A stretch of DNA of 43,783 bases from Nitrospinales bacterium (GTDB lineage: Bacteria; Nitrospinota; Nitrospinia; Nitrospinales; JAJDAT01), in assembly GCA_046757665.1 (NCBI GenBank), contig JBHHYO010000014.1:1-43783 (forward strand), given 5' to 3'. The position numbers and the translations under genes are program-made. Within the stretch, counting starts at the first letter, position 1. Each line of letters begins with the position of its first letter. The notes beneath the pieces are model-generated. The model was not told where the DNA came from. It ran no database searches and saw nothing but the letters and a program-made list of their open reading frames with translations. Shown one piece after another: positions 1 through 8,342 of this stretch.

Positions 1-42
1 GGTAGCAACGGCAACCCCGTGCCGGTAATCGTCCGGCAAAGG

Positions 43-51
43 ATTATAGCA
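43..51 (-). promoter_or_regulatory. Extended -10 promoter element (TGcTATAAT) firing leftward out of the window
   Basis: Minus strand reads TGCTATAAT, a perfect TGn-TATAAT, in the intergenic region downstream of sdhB. Confidence 0.4.
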
Positions 52-136
52 TAACAAATAATCCCTGCGTTTTGAATTCAAAACCGGCGGACTTCCGCAA
101 AGCAGGCGCACTCGCGGTTCAAAAACCGCAGACGTT

Positions 137-886
137 TTATTTGACGAACAGATTTTTCAGGGCTTGCAATGAGGTTTGGCGGCCGATTTCCGCAATGGAC
201 TCGGTCAGCGGAATATTTTTTGGGCAAACTTCCACACACACCTGGGCGTTACCGCAATCGGCAATACCGCCCTCCCCCATAACCGCCTCCAGCCGTTCCT
301 CCTTGCTCATTTGCCCGATCGGATTCATGTTGAACAGGCGCACCTGGCTGAAGGTCGAGGCGCCGAGAAAGGCATTGTCGAGCGTAAACTGCGGACACGC
401 CTCCAGGCAACATCCGCAAGTCATACATTCGGAAAGCGTGTACGCCTTGGAGCGCCGCTTTTCGGGGATCACCGGCCCTTCGCCGATGTCATAGGTGCCG
501 TCGATCTCGATCCAGGCATGTACTTTTTTGAGGTTATCGAACATGCGTTGGCGGTCAACCTGCAGGTCCCGCACCACCGGGAATTTCGACATGGGCTCCA
601 GAACAATGGGACACTCCAGTTTATCCACCAGGGCGGTGCAGGCCTGCCGTACCCGGCCGTTGATCACCATGGTGCACGAGCCGCAAACTTCCTCCAGGCA
701 ATTGCAATCCCATACGACCGGGGCGACCTCCCTGCCTTCCACGGTCACGGGATTTCTCTGGATTTCCTGCAAGCAGGAAATGACATTGGCGAACGGTTTG
801 AAAGGCAACTCGAAGGCATTCCAATAAGCGCGCGAGTCCACCGCATCCTGCCGCCTGATTTTTAACGTGATTGTCCGCGAATCCAT
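137..886 (-). CDS. sdhB: Succinate dehydrogenase/fumarate reductase iron-sulfur subunit (Bacillus-type)
   Basis: CLEEVCGSC..C [2Fe-2S], CMTCGCCLEACP [4Fe-4S] and CGNAQVCVEVCP [3Fe-4S] motifs; start set at ATG 886 (MDSRTITLK) to avoid overlapping sdhA. Confidence 0.95.
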   Translation of the reverse strand: MDSRTITLKIRRQDAVDSRAYWNAFELPFKPFANVISCLQEIQRNPVTVEGREVAPVVWDCNCLEEVCGSCTMVINGRVRQACTALVDKLECPIVLEPMSKFPVVRDLQVDRQRMFDNLKKVHAWIEIDGTYDIGEGPVIPEKRRSKAYTLSECMTCGCCLEACPQFTLDNAFLGASTFSQVRLFNMNPIGQMSKEERLEAVMGEGGIADCGNAQVCVEVCPKNIPLTESIAEIGRQTSLQALKNLFVK

Positions 887-896
887 GGTCGGCCTT

Positions 897-2837
897 TCAG
901 TCGTATTTTCTGGGACGAGGCGTAACGAGCGAAGTATCCACCTCCTCGTAGGAAATTTCCGGTTTTCCGTCCTTGAGCCGGGCAATGGTCGTCTTCAACC
1001 ATTTTTTGTTGTTGTCCTCAAACCGCTTCATATAAACCAGGTGGCCGGACGGGAACTCATCCTCTTTCACTTCCCCGTATTGGGACCTTTCCAGATAATC
1101 AATATATTCGTGCGGATCGAAATCCGCGGGCTGGTTCAGATCGAACTCGGGCTTGTAGTGGGCGCCGCGAAATTCGTCGCGCATCAGGGCGCCCTGGGTG
1201 ATAATCCGCGCCAGATGAATCATCGACCGCAACTGGTTGATGAAACTAACCGTCGGGTTGGCCCAATCCGCCGTATCCAGGCATTGAACCCCCTTGAACC
1301 GCATTTCAATCTCCTCGATGCGCGAGAGTGTCTCGCGCAACTTTTTATTTTCACGGACGATGAGGACTCCCTCCAGCAACAAGGCGCCCAATTCCTGATG
1401 CAGGGAGTAGGGGTTTTCCTTGCCTTTCATCGCCTTGATCTCGGCGAACCGGTCATTCCATTCGGTTTCCGCCTGACTGAACGTGGTGGAAGGCAGGTCT
1501 TCATGAGCCCGATCCAGATTTTTGAGGTATGTGCCGATGGCGGGCCCGACGAGCAAACCGGAGTAAATGCAACTCAGGAGCGAATTGGCCCCCAACCGGT
1601 TGGCGCCGTGATACTGATAATCGGCTTCGCCCGCGGCATACAGGCCGCGGATGGAGGTCATCTGGTTTCTCGGCGAGGCGTGATCGATCATGCCATGCCC
1701 GTCGGCTTCATAGTCGGTCCACAGGCCGCCCATGGAATAGTGGACGGCGGGGAAAATTTTCATGGGCACCTTGCTGGGGTCCTCGCCGGTGAATTTCCGG
1801 TAGATATCGAGGATGCCTCCCAGGCGGGTTTCAAGAAACGCCTCGGACTTGTGAGTCAGGTCCAGGTAAACCATGGTCTGGCCGCCGATGCCGAGATTTT
1901 TCTTGTAAACCACATCGTAGATTTCACGGCTGGCAACGTCCCGGGGCACCAGGTTTCCGAAAAGGGGGTGGTTTTCCTCGAGGAAATAATAACGTTCCTC
2001 CTCCGGGATGGAGTTGGGCGGGCGGCTGTCGCCGCGTTTTCTGGGCACCCAGATGCGGCCGCCCTCGCCGCGGGCCGATTCGCTCATGAGCCGAAACTTG
2101 TCTTGTCCGGGGATGGCGGTGGGATGGATTTGAATAAACTCCCCATTGGCGTATTTGACGCCCTGCAAATAAGCGGAAACCGCCGCCGCGCCGGTGCACA
2201 CCGTGGAATTGGTGGAACGCGCATAGACGTTGCCCGGCCCGCCGGTGGCGAGGATCACCGCGTCCCCGGGCAGGGAGAAAATTTTCCCGGCGCGCAGGTC
2301 ATGCACCACCGCGCCGCGGCAGGTTCCCCCGGAATCGATCACCGCGCCAAGGTACTCATGCCATTCCATTTTCGTGACCAGGCCGTCGCTCTCGTATTTC
2401 CGCACCTGCTCGTCCAGGGCATAGACCAATTGCTGTCCGGTGGTCGCCCCGGCGAAAGCCGTACGGGCATACAAGGTCCCGCCGAACCGGCGAAAATCCA
2501 GATGCCCCTCCTTCGTCCGGTTGAACGCCACACCCATGCGGTCCAGCAAATGGATGATCGCGGGAGCCCGGTGGCACATGTCCCGCACCAGCGGCTGGTG
2601 GGCGAGAAAATCGCCGCCTTTCACCGTATCGTAAAAATGGATTTCCGGCGAATCGCCCTCGCCCTTGGTATCTATGGCGCCGTTGATGCCGCCCTGGGCA
2701 CACACCGAATGCGAGCGTTTGACGGACTGGTACGACACCATGACCAGCGGAATATTGAGTTCGCAAATTTTAATGGCCGCCGACAAACCCGCCAGGCCGC
2801 CGCCGACAACAATGACTTTACGCTTGCGATGCTCCAT
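897..2837 (-). CDS. sdhA: Succinate dehydrogenase/fumarate reductase flavoprotein subunit
   Basis: GGGLAG FAD-binding motif, RSHSVCAQGG covalent-FAD His, QIHPT, HYSMGG, HGANRLGANSL. Confidence 0.97.
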   Translation of the reverse strand: MEHRKRKVIVVGGGLAGLSAAIKICELNIPLVMVSYQSVKRSHSVCAQGGINGAIDTKGEGDSPEIHFYDTVKGGDFLAHQPLVRDMCHRAPAIIHLLDRMGVAFNRTKEGHLDFRRFGGTLYARTAFAGATTGQQLVYALDEQVRKYESDGLVTKMEWHEYLGAVIDSGGTCRGAVVHDLRAGKIFSLPGDAVILATGGPGNVYARSTNSTVCTGAAAVSAYLQGVKYANGEFIQIHPTAIPGQDKFRLMSESARGEGGRIWVPRKRGDSRPPNSIPEEERYYFLEENHPLFGNLVPRDVASREIYDVVYKKNLGIGGQTMVYLDLTHKSEAFLETRLGGILDIYRKFTGEDPSKVPMKIFPAVHYSMGGLWTDYEADGHGMIDHASPRNQMTSIRGLYAAGEADYQYHGANRLGANSLLSCIYSGLLVGPAIGTYLKNLDRAHEDLPSTTFSQAETEWNDRFAEIKAMKGKENPYSLHQELGALLLEGVLIVRENKKLRETLSRIEEIEMRFKGVQCLDTADWANPTVSFINQLRSMIHLARIITQGALMRDEFRGAHYKPEFDLNQPADFDPHEYIDYLERSQYGEVKEDEFPSGHLVYMKRFEDNNKKWLKTTIARLKDGKPEISYEEVDTSLVTPRPRKYD

Positions 2838-2849
2838 CTTTCCCGATTG

Positions 2850-3518
2850 TCAAAGAGATCCGGCCGGCAGGGGGTTCAACGAGAACTCGGCAACGGTCGC
2901 GACACCCATCGCCGTAAGAACCAGCCCGATCAGCATGAACACAATGGCCGCGTTGCGCTGTGCGTTGCGGCCGATAATAATTCCCCACGAAACACAAAAT
3001 CCCCACAAGCCATTGGCGAAATGAAACGTCGCCGCAACGATCCCCACCAGATAAATCACCCGCCCCTGCCAGTCGTGAAACTCCCCGTTCATAATGTCGA
3101 TCAAAAACGGGGCGGCGGCGAACAACGTCTTTCCGGCGATCATCTTGGGAACTACCGTGGTCCCCATATGATAAATCAAAAATACAAATACAATGGCGCC
3201 CGTAACCCGTTGCAGGGTGTACATCCAGTTGCGGGCATAACGGTAACGGAACACATTGGTTTTGCCCAAATACGCTATGTAAAACCCCATGAAGGAATGG
3301 AACAACAGGGGAATGTAAATAACAAACACCTCAATCCATATCAGAAACGGCGTATTGTTGATCAGGTCGATACCAAACCGATACTGGGTTACCCCAACGG
3401 TGCGCAGTGAGTTAAACCCCAGATGAAACACCAGAAAAAGACCGATGGGAAGGATGCCGGTCAGGGAGTGCAGTTTCAGGAGGAGAAAGTGCAGTCGGTC
3501 TTTTGTGTGTCGGTCCAT
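2850..3518 (-). CDS. sdhC: Succinate dehydrogenase cytochrome b558 subunit (5 TM, di-heme type)
   Basis: LHSLTG, LFHS, LQRVTG..FLIYH, TFHFANGLW give four heme-ligand His; first gene of sdhCAB. Confidence 0.93.
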   Translation of the reverse strand: MDRHTKDRLHFLLLKLHSLTGILPIGLFLVFHLGFNSLRTVGVTQYRFGIDLINNTPFLIWIEVFVIYIPLLFHSFMGFYIAYLGKTNVFRYRYARNWMYTLQRVTGAIVFVFLIYHMGTTVVPKMIAGKTLFAAAPFLIDIMNGEFHDWQGRVIYLVGIVAATFHFANGLWGFCVSWGIIIGRNAQRNAAIVFMLIGLVLTAMGVATVAEFSLNPLPAGSL

Positions 3519-3746
3519 TTATCAACAACCGAGGTTCAGGGCCGGGAGAGGATGGAAAAGCTTTCAGGACCCCAACAAACTATTTTCATGGCTTCCACAA
3601 CCCGCGAAAATAATCCGTCCTGTCACAAGCAACTGCCGGGCATTGCGCCCGGCAATTCAAACCGATCGTATTCTCACTCAATTAACCTTGAAAGGCAAGA
3701 GCTTAGATGGAACCAAAAGGGAGGAGGTCGCCCTGAGGGGAACCGA

Positions 3747-4019
3747 TCAAAAATCGGATTCCAGCAAGGGACGGTGTTTGTAATCCGGATTGATGGGTTT
3801 GTCCTTCGCCGTAATTCTTAAATTGACGGGTTCCTGCACAAAAAAATCCACATAGCCGCATTTACCGCAAACCCGGGGTTGAAGCGGGATTTTTTTTTCA
3901 ACGCCATGATCCTTGCGTACAACCATGATCAATTCCAGATCGCGGCTGGTCCGCAGGCCGATATCCCCCTTCAAGATGCTTTTCTCGCCGCACTTGCCGC
4001 AAATATTGGGGTCGGACAT
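3747..4019 (-). CDS. Small zinc-ribbon protein (CxxC...CxxC)
   Basis: CGKCG and CGKCGYVDFF motifs; GAGG RBS upstream. Confidence 0.75.
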   Translation of the reverse strand: MSDPNICGKCGEKSILKGDIGLRTSRDLELIMVVRKDHGVEKKIPLQPRVCGKCGYVDFFVQEPVNLRITAKDKPINPDYKHRPLLESDF

Positions 4020-4116
4020 GGCGCCTCTTCAGGACAACACGGGGAAATCCAACGATTCATCGAAACGATGCAGGTAGAAACCCAATAAAGAAAGTATAGC
4101 ATAGAAAAAATCCGCC

Positions 4117-4440
4117 TTACTCAAAAACCTTGGCAAGCGCAAAATTGCTCCCACTCGGGAACGAGCAGGTAAGACCGGGTTTCGGAGTGCAACTGGTTAC
4201 AGCGATGGTTGCCGTAGTGGATGATGTCAAAGTCAAGGTAGCCGCAAACGAAGAAGCGTCGGTGGCAAAACCCAGCGAGGCGACACTGCCGACAATCGAG
4301 CCCGCCAAGGCGCTTGAAAGCTGACCGGGTTGATATTTTAACAGGATAATTTTATTGCCGCTGACCGTCATGCCAACCCAGTTTGTACCCAGACCGGTCA
4401 ATATCCAGATTCCCTCGAACCCGCTGTTATGGGTGTTGCT
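4117..4440 (-). repeat. Direct repeat copy A (paralogous C-terminal domain coding region)
   Basis: Encodes 107 aa, 92 identical to those encoded at 7510-7833 (counted by hand); both end ...KVFE-stop. Confidence 0.9.
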
Positions 4441-4647
4441 GATTCTCATTGTGTCGTCTTCAGGCTTATCCGCACCACGGCGGCGATCCCCGTCCTGGTT
4501 GTCGTCCACAGATCCGTCTCCCCGAAGCTTGGAATCGGAACTGGAATCGGAACTGGAATCGTTCGAGCCATCCGCGCTAACCGTGCTTACCGCGCTAACC
4601 GACAACAATAAAATTCCTGCAATGGCTACAGCTAAAACTTTTCTCAT
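4117..4647 (-). CDS. Secreted protein, copy 1 (signal peptide, Ser/Asp-rich linker, ~107-aa beta-rich domain with 2 Cys)
   Basis: AAGGAG RBS; signal peptide ending VSA; paralog at 7510-8022. Confidence 0.85.
   Translation of the reverse strand: MRKVLAVAIAGILLLSVSAVSTVSADGSNDSSSDSSSDSKLRGDGSVDDNQDGDRRRGADKPEDDTMRISNTHNSGFEGIWILTGLGTNWVGMTVSGNKIILLKYQPGQLSSALAGSIVGSVASLGFATDASSFAATLTLTSSTTATIAVTSCTPKPGLTCSFPSGSNFALAKVFE
4531..4560. repeat. Short tandem repeat GGAATCGGAACT x2.5 encoding a DSSS linker
   Basis: ggaatcggaactggaatcggaactggaatc; a related tract occurs at about 7912-7934. Confidence 0.8.
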
Positions 4648-4873
4648 TTTTTTCTCCTTTTAAAAGCGCACAAAATTTAAATTATCCATGGTTGCAATAT
4701 ATATCCGCCATCCTTACCGGAACATTGCCGGAACATTATCATTCGGTAATGTTAAGGAAGAAAGACAACAACATTTTTTAAAGACGGCCCCCAATAAGGC
4801 GTCCCCGACAAGAACTCCAGCGAAAACCGCATCAGGAAATGGACCATGGAAAAAATCCGCCGGAGTTGCTATT

Positions 4874-5218
4874 TTACTTGCGGGCTTGAACGAAAAAAGA
4901 CATCTCCGCCGGCGTAGCATGGACAAAACGTTCCGCCTTCCGGGTGCGATTAATGATCGCCTTCAGTTCCTTACCGGCATAAAAAACCGGCTTGCTCCGG
5001 CTCGGAATGCTGATGGGTTCGCCGGAAATGGGTTTTTTGCCGATTCTTGCCTTGTAGTGCTTGACGTGGAAAGAACCGAAACCCTGAATCACTACTCGCT
5101 GGTCCTTTTTTAAACCAGTGACGATGGCATTTAAAAATGACAGCAAATACCGGTCCGCTTCTTCCTTGGAAATTTTCATCCGCAAGGATAACTTGGTTGC
5201 TAAGTCAGATCGTGTCAT
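4874..5218 (-). CDS. HU/IHF-family DNA-binding protein (divergent)
   Basis: MTRSDL...VVIQGFGSF...ARIGKKPISGEPISIP...PVFYAGKELK; GGAGG RBS upstream of ATG 5218. Confidence 0.88.
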   Translation of the reverse strand: MTRSDLATKLSLRMKISKEEADRYLLSFLNAIVTGLKKDQRVVIQGFGSFHVKHYKARIGKKPISGEPISIPSRSKPVFYAGKELKAIINRTRKAERFVHATPAEMSFFVQARK

Positions 5219-5401
5219 GAGATATTCCTCCAATTTGTAATCAATTAAATAGATAGCAATTTATGTACCAAAACATATAAATAAAATTAATGGCTTATTT
5301 TTCAAAAAGTTACTAGAACGAGGCACCGATGCCCCATGAATCATATGTGCACATAATAATACACTAATAAATAATATGGCCACTTTGAGATAAATCGGGA
5401 T

Positions 5402-6343
5402 ATGACAAAAACCCTTCTGGCGTATCTGACTCACCCACATGTTGGGGCCTGGAATCTCAAATCCCGGCATAGCGAAAAACTGTCTCGCGAACTGCCCGGA
5501 TACAAGGTGATCGTCTGCGAAGAATCCAGGGAGTTTCTCAAACGGTTGCCTGAGGCGGAGGTGGCGGTGGTCTGGTATTTCAAGAAGGACTGGCTTGCCT
5601 CGGCGCCCAAGCTGAAACTACTCGCCACACCGGCGGCGGGCCGGGAGTGGATCGACATCGCCCCCAACTGCCGATTGGAACTTTCTTTCGGGAGTTTTCA
5701 CGGCCCAATGATCGCGGAAAGCGTAGTGGGAGCCGCATTATATTTTTGCAAGTCGTTCCGGTTCTCTACGGAAATGCAACAGCAACGCCGTTGGGAAAGA
5801 GAGAAAATCGCGCAAAAAATCGCCTCGCTCCATGGAGCGCGAGTGACTCTGCTGGGTTTCGGCAATATCGGACGCGCAATCGGGCGCGCCCTCAAACCGT
5901 TCGGCTGTATCCTGACGGGGATCAAGCGAACGCCCGCGCCCGCACCCTCATACTTTTCTCCGGAAGACCGCATCGTCACCGCCGACCGGCTGAGCGAGGA
6001 ACTGGGCACAACCGATCATTTGATACTGGCGCTTCCGGGCGGGCGGCAAACTGACGCAATATTTACGCGCAACCATTTCCAGGCATTGCCGCCACACTGC
6101 TTCCTGTATAATATCGGACGGGGAAATGTTTACCGGGAAGATGACCTTGTTTACGCTTTGCGGAAAGGCCTTGTCGCGGGGGCTTACCTCGATGTGTTCG
6201 ACCGGGAACCCCTGCCGGAAGACTCGCCTCTATGGGCTATGAACAACGTCCTCATCCAGCCTCACGTGTCGGCGGCCGCGCCCCACTACCTGGACCTCTT
6301 CGTGGAGGAACTGATCGGCAGGATAAAGGCACTGGCGATTTAA
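5402..6343 (+). CDS. D-2-hydroxyacid dehydrogenase family, NAD(P)-binding
   Basis: GFGNIG Rossmann motif, NIGRG, LDVF..EP, QPH catalytic motifs. Confidence 0.9.
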   Translation: MTKTLLAYLTHPHVGAWNLKSRHSEKLSRELPGYKVIVCEESREFLKRLPEAEVAVVWYFKKDWLASAPKLKLLATPAAGREWIDIAPNCRLELSFGSFHGPMIAESVVGAALYFCKSFRFSTEMQQQRRWEREKIAQKIASLHGARVTLLGFGNIGRAIGRALKPFGCILTGIKRTPAPAPSYFSPEDRIVTADRLSEELGTTDHLILALPGGRQTDAIFTRNHFQALPPHCFLYNIGRGNVYREDDLVYALRKGLVAGAYLDVFDREPLPEDSPLWAMNNVLIQPHVSAAAPHYLDLFVEELIGRIKALAI

Positions 6344-6405
6344 AAAAATCATCCTTCAGCCTGAAGGTCGATTTTTTGCCAACCCGCTTAAGAAAGGGCT
6401 CGAAA

Positions 6406-6507
6406 ATGGATTACAACGAAATATACTGGAAAATTTTGATAGCCTTTGCCGCTCTTGCCGCCCTGTACTTCCTCGTGGGAAAAGACGACGCGGACGGCGG
6501 GAACTGA
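6406..6507 (+). CDS. 33-aa single-TM small protein
   Basis: MDYNEIYWKILIAFAALAALYFLVGKDDADGGN; AAAGGG upstream; fills the intergenic gap. Confidence 0.55.
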   Translation: MDYNEIYWKILIAFAALAALYFLVGKDDADGGN

Positions 6508-6547
6508 ATCGAGCGGCAACGGATTTTAAAACCGTCCGCCGGCTCTT

Positions 6548-7483
6548 TCAAGGCCCCTTTTGTCGAAGGCTTTTGAGGATAGCTTTCGCCTTATCTTTAA
6601 GAGAGTCGGCAAACAGACCCGGCTCGATGCCCTCTTCCAGTAACGCCACCCATTTGGGGCCGGATTGAACGCGGATCAATTCCAGAGCATCGTTTTGAGC
6701 GGCTTCGTCCGGAGTCTGCAACGCTTTCCTGAATGATCGGAAAATGTTACGTTCATCTACCTCTTTCAGTTGCTGGACAACCGCATCCCGCACCTCTTTT
6801 TCTTCGTCGTCCAGCGCCAGAAAAAGCGCGCTTTTTGCCGCCTCCGTACCCAGCTCTCCCAATTGAACAGCCGCCTGCAATCTCTTTTCCGGGTCGGGGT
6901 CCTTCAATTGCCGGATCCATGGGTAAGCGTCCATGCCGTCCTGAATTTGCCTGAGTTTGGAGTCAAGCCTTTTCAGGCGGACCTCGTTTCGGGTTGCCTC
7001 CGATTGTTGAGGGGTCCCCCGGCCAACGAAAGGCAAACCCACCGAGGGAATGCGAGGCGGTTTTTTGCTTTCAGGAACCGCCGGGGAAGCGGGCCTGCTT
7101 GCACCCGGCAGTCCTTCGAAAGAGGAGAGAATAATAACGGAATCGATTTTCCCCGGGGTGTCCCCATAAACGAAAATCGTGTTCAACGGCAACAGCTTTC
7201 TGATGCCGTCTTCCAGGGACAAGTTATCGAACTTCCCGAAGATTTGAATATCCGGAAGAAAGACGCGGGAAAATTCTATACCCGTTTTTCTTTGCAGTTC
7301 TCTCACTACCTCAGAAACGGGAACCCTCCGCACGTCCGCGGAGAGACGGGATTGCTCATATCGTATAACTAATTCCGGCACCGGTTGGCCACGGGAGTCG
7401 GAAAAACCCGCCAACAGGAAAATGCCGGTCAACACTCCGGAGAACAGGTATACCAAAAATTTTCCCGCGCCAAAAAACCTCAT
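6548..7483 (-). CDS. Exported HEAT-repeat protein with an N-terminal secretin/TonB N-domain-like region
   Basis: Signal/TM N-terminus; LSADVRRVPVSEVVRELQRKTGI...LSLEDGIRKLL; Pro-rich linker; HEAT repeats LKDPDPEKRLQAA and LDDEEKEVRDAV. Confidence 0.75.
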   Translation of the reverse strand: MRFFGAGKFLVYLFSGVLTGIFLLAGFSDSRGQPVPELVIRYEQSRLSADVRRVPVSEVVRELQRKTGIEFSRVFLPDIQIFGKFDNLSLEDGIRKLLPLNTIFVYGDTPGKIDSVIILSSFEGLPGASRPASPAVPESKKPPRIPSVGLPFVGRGTPQQSEATRNEVRLKRLDSKLRQIQDGMDAYPWIRQLKDPDPEKRLQAAVQLGELGTEAAKSALFLALDDEEKEVRDAVVQQLKEVDERNIFRSFRKALQTPDEAAQNDALELIRVQSGPKWVALLEEGIEPGLFADSLKDKAKAILKSLRQKGP

Positions 7484-7509
7484 CTATCAAACCGCTTTAT
7501 CGTTCAGTC

Positions 7510-7833
7510 TTACTCAAAAACCTTGGTAAGCCCAAAATTGCTCCCGGTTGGGAACGAACAGGTTTGACCGGGCTTTGGCACACAGCTCAGTACGGCCAGA
7601 GTTGCCGTAGTGGATGATACCAAAGTCAATGTAGCCGCAAACGTAGAAGCATCGGTGGCAAAACCCAACGATGCGACACTGCCGACAACCGAGCCCGCCA
7701 AGGCACTTGAAAGCTGGCCGGGTTGATATTTTAACATAATGATTTTACTGCCACTGACCGTCACGCCAACCCAGTTTGTACCCAAACCGTCCAGGTTCCA
7801 GATACCCTCGAACCCGCTGTTATGAGTGTTGCT
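7510..7833 (-). repeat. Direct repeat copy B
   Basis: Homologous to 4117-4440. Confidence 0.9.
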
Positions 7834-8022
7834 GGTCCTCCTTGTGTCATCGCTTCCTCCAGACCTGTCCTGGAACTCTTCCCTGTCCTCCGGCCTGTCC
7901 GCACCATTTCTGGAATCGGAACTGGAACTGGAATCATCCGTGCCTTCAGCGCTTACCGTGCTTACCGCACCTGCCGACAACAACAAAAATCCTATAACAG
8001 CTACAGCTAAAATCCTCTTCAT
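7510..8022 (-). CDS. Secreted protein, copy 2 (paralog of 4117-4647)
   Basis: AAGGAGG RBS before ATG 8022 (MKRILAVAV); signal peptide; same C-terminal domain as copy 1. Confidence 0.85.
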   Translation of the reverse strand: MKRILAVAVIGFLLLSAGAVSTVSAEGTDDSSSSSDSRNGADRPEDREEFQDRSGGSDDTRRTSNTHNSGFEGIWNLDGLGTNWVGVTVSGSKIIMLKYQPGQLSSALAGSVVGSVASLGFATDASTFAATLTLVSSTTATLAVLSCVPKPGQTCSFPTGSNFGLTKVFE

Positions 8023-8059
8023 TCCTTGCCTCCTTAGCACCAAAACTTTCATAAAATAA

Positions 8060-8342
8060 CAGTAGTGTCCGGGGAAAATTAAAAATTCCTTTGAAAACAT
8101 GAGGCTTAATTGGGCTCTTTTTTTTACCGGACAGCACAAAGGAGCCCTTTAAACGGCTATAAACACCCATTTCCACAATGAAAAGGGATTCTCAAACGAT
8201 TCCCGAAAAACCTTTCAGGGATTAACATCCGGGTTTTACCGGACAGCATGAATCGAAAAAAGATAACTCCTTAAAAAACAATAGATTTGTTTTTATAAAA
8301 GGGCTGTAAGCACGAAGTTATGAATTTCCCCGGACAGTAGTG
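8060..8342. mobile_element. MITE / non-autonomous IS remnant, 283 bp
   Basis: Left end CAGTAGTGTCCGGGGAAA vs reverse-complemented right end CACTACTGTCCGGGGAAA (16/18 match); flanked by perfect 9-bp direct repeat ATAAAATAA at 8051-8059 and 8343-8351; no transposase ORF. Confidence 0.88.

Noticed and set aside
1..20. Possible 5' end of a structural RNA (GGGGTTGCCGTTGCTACC on the minus strand)
   Set aside because: Too little sequence in the window to assign any RNA family
867..3410. 847-aa plus-strand ORF
   Set aside because: Antisense shadow of sdhA/sdhC caused by GC-rich codon bias; no recognisable motifs
4692..4710. TGGC...TTGCA upstream of secreted protein copy 1
   Set aside because: Spacing of 12 nt does not fit a sigma54 -24/-12 promoter
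8023..8139. 39-aa N-terminal extension of secreted protein copy 2
   Set aside because: It starts inside the MITE; the AAGGAGG RBS and the paralog alignment place the start at 8022
8060..8342. CRISPR-like array from recurring CCGGACAG motifs
   Set aside because: Repeats are short, irregularly spaced and partly inverted, with no cas genes; better explained as MITE ends
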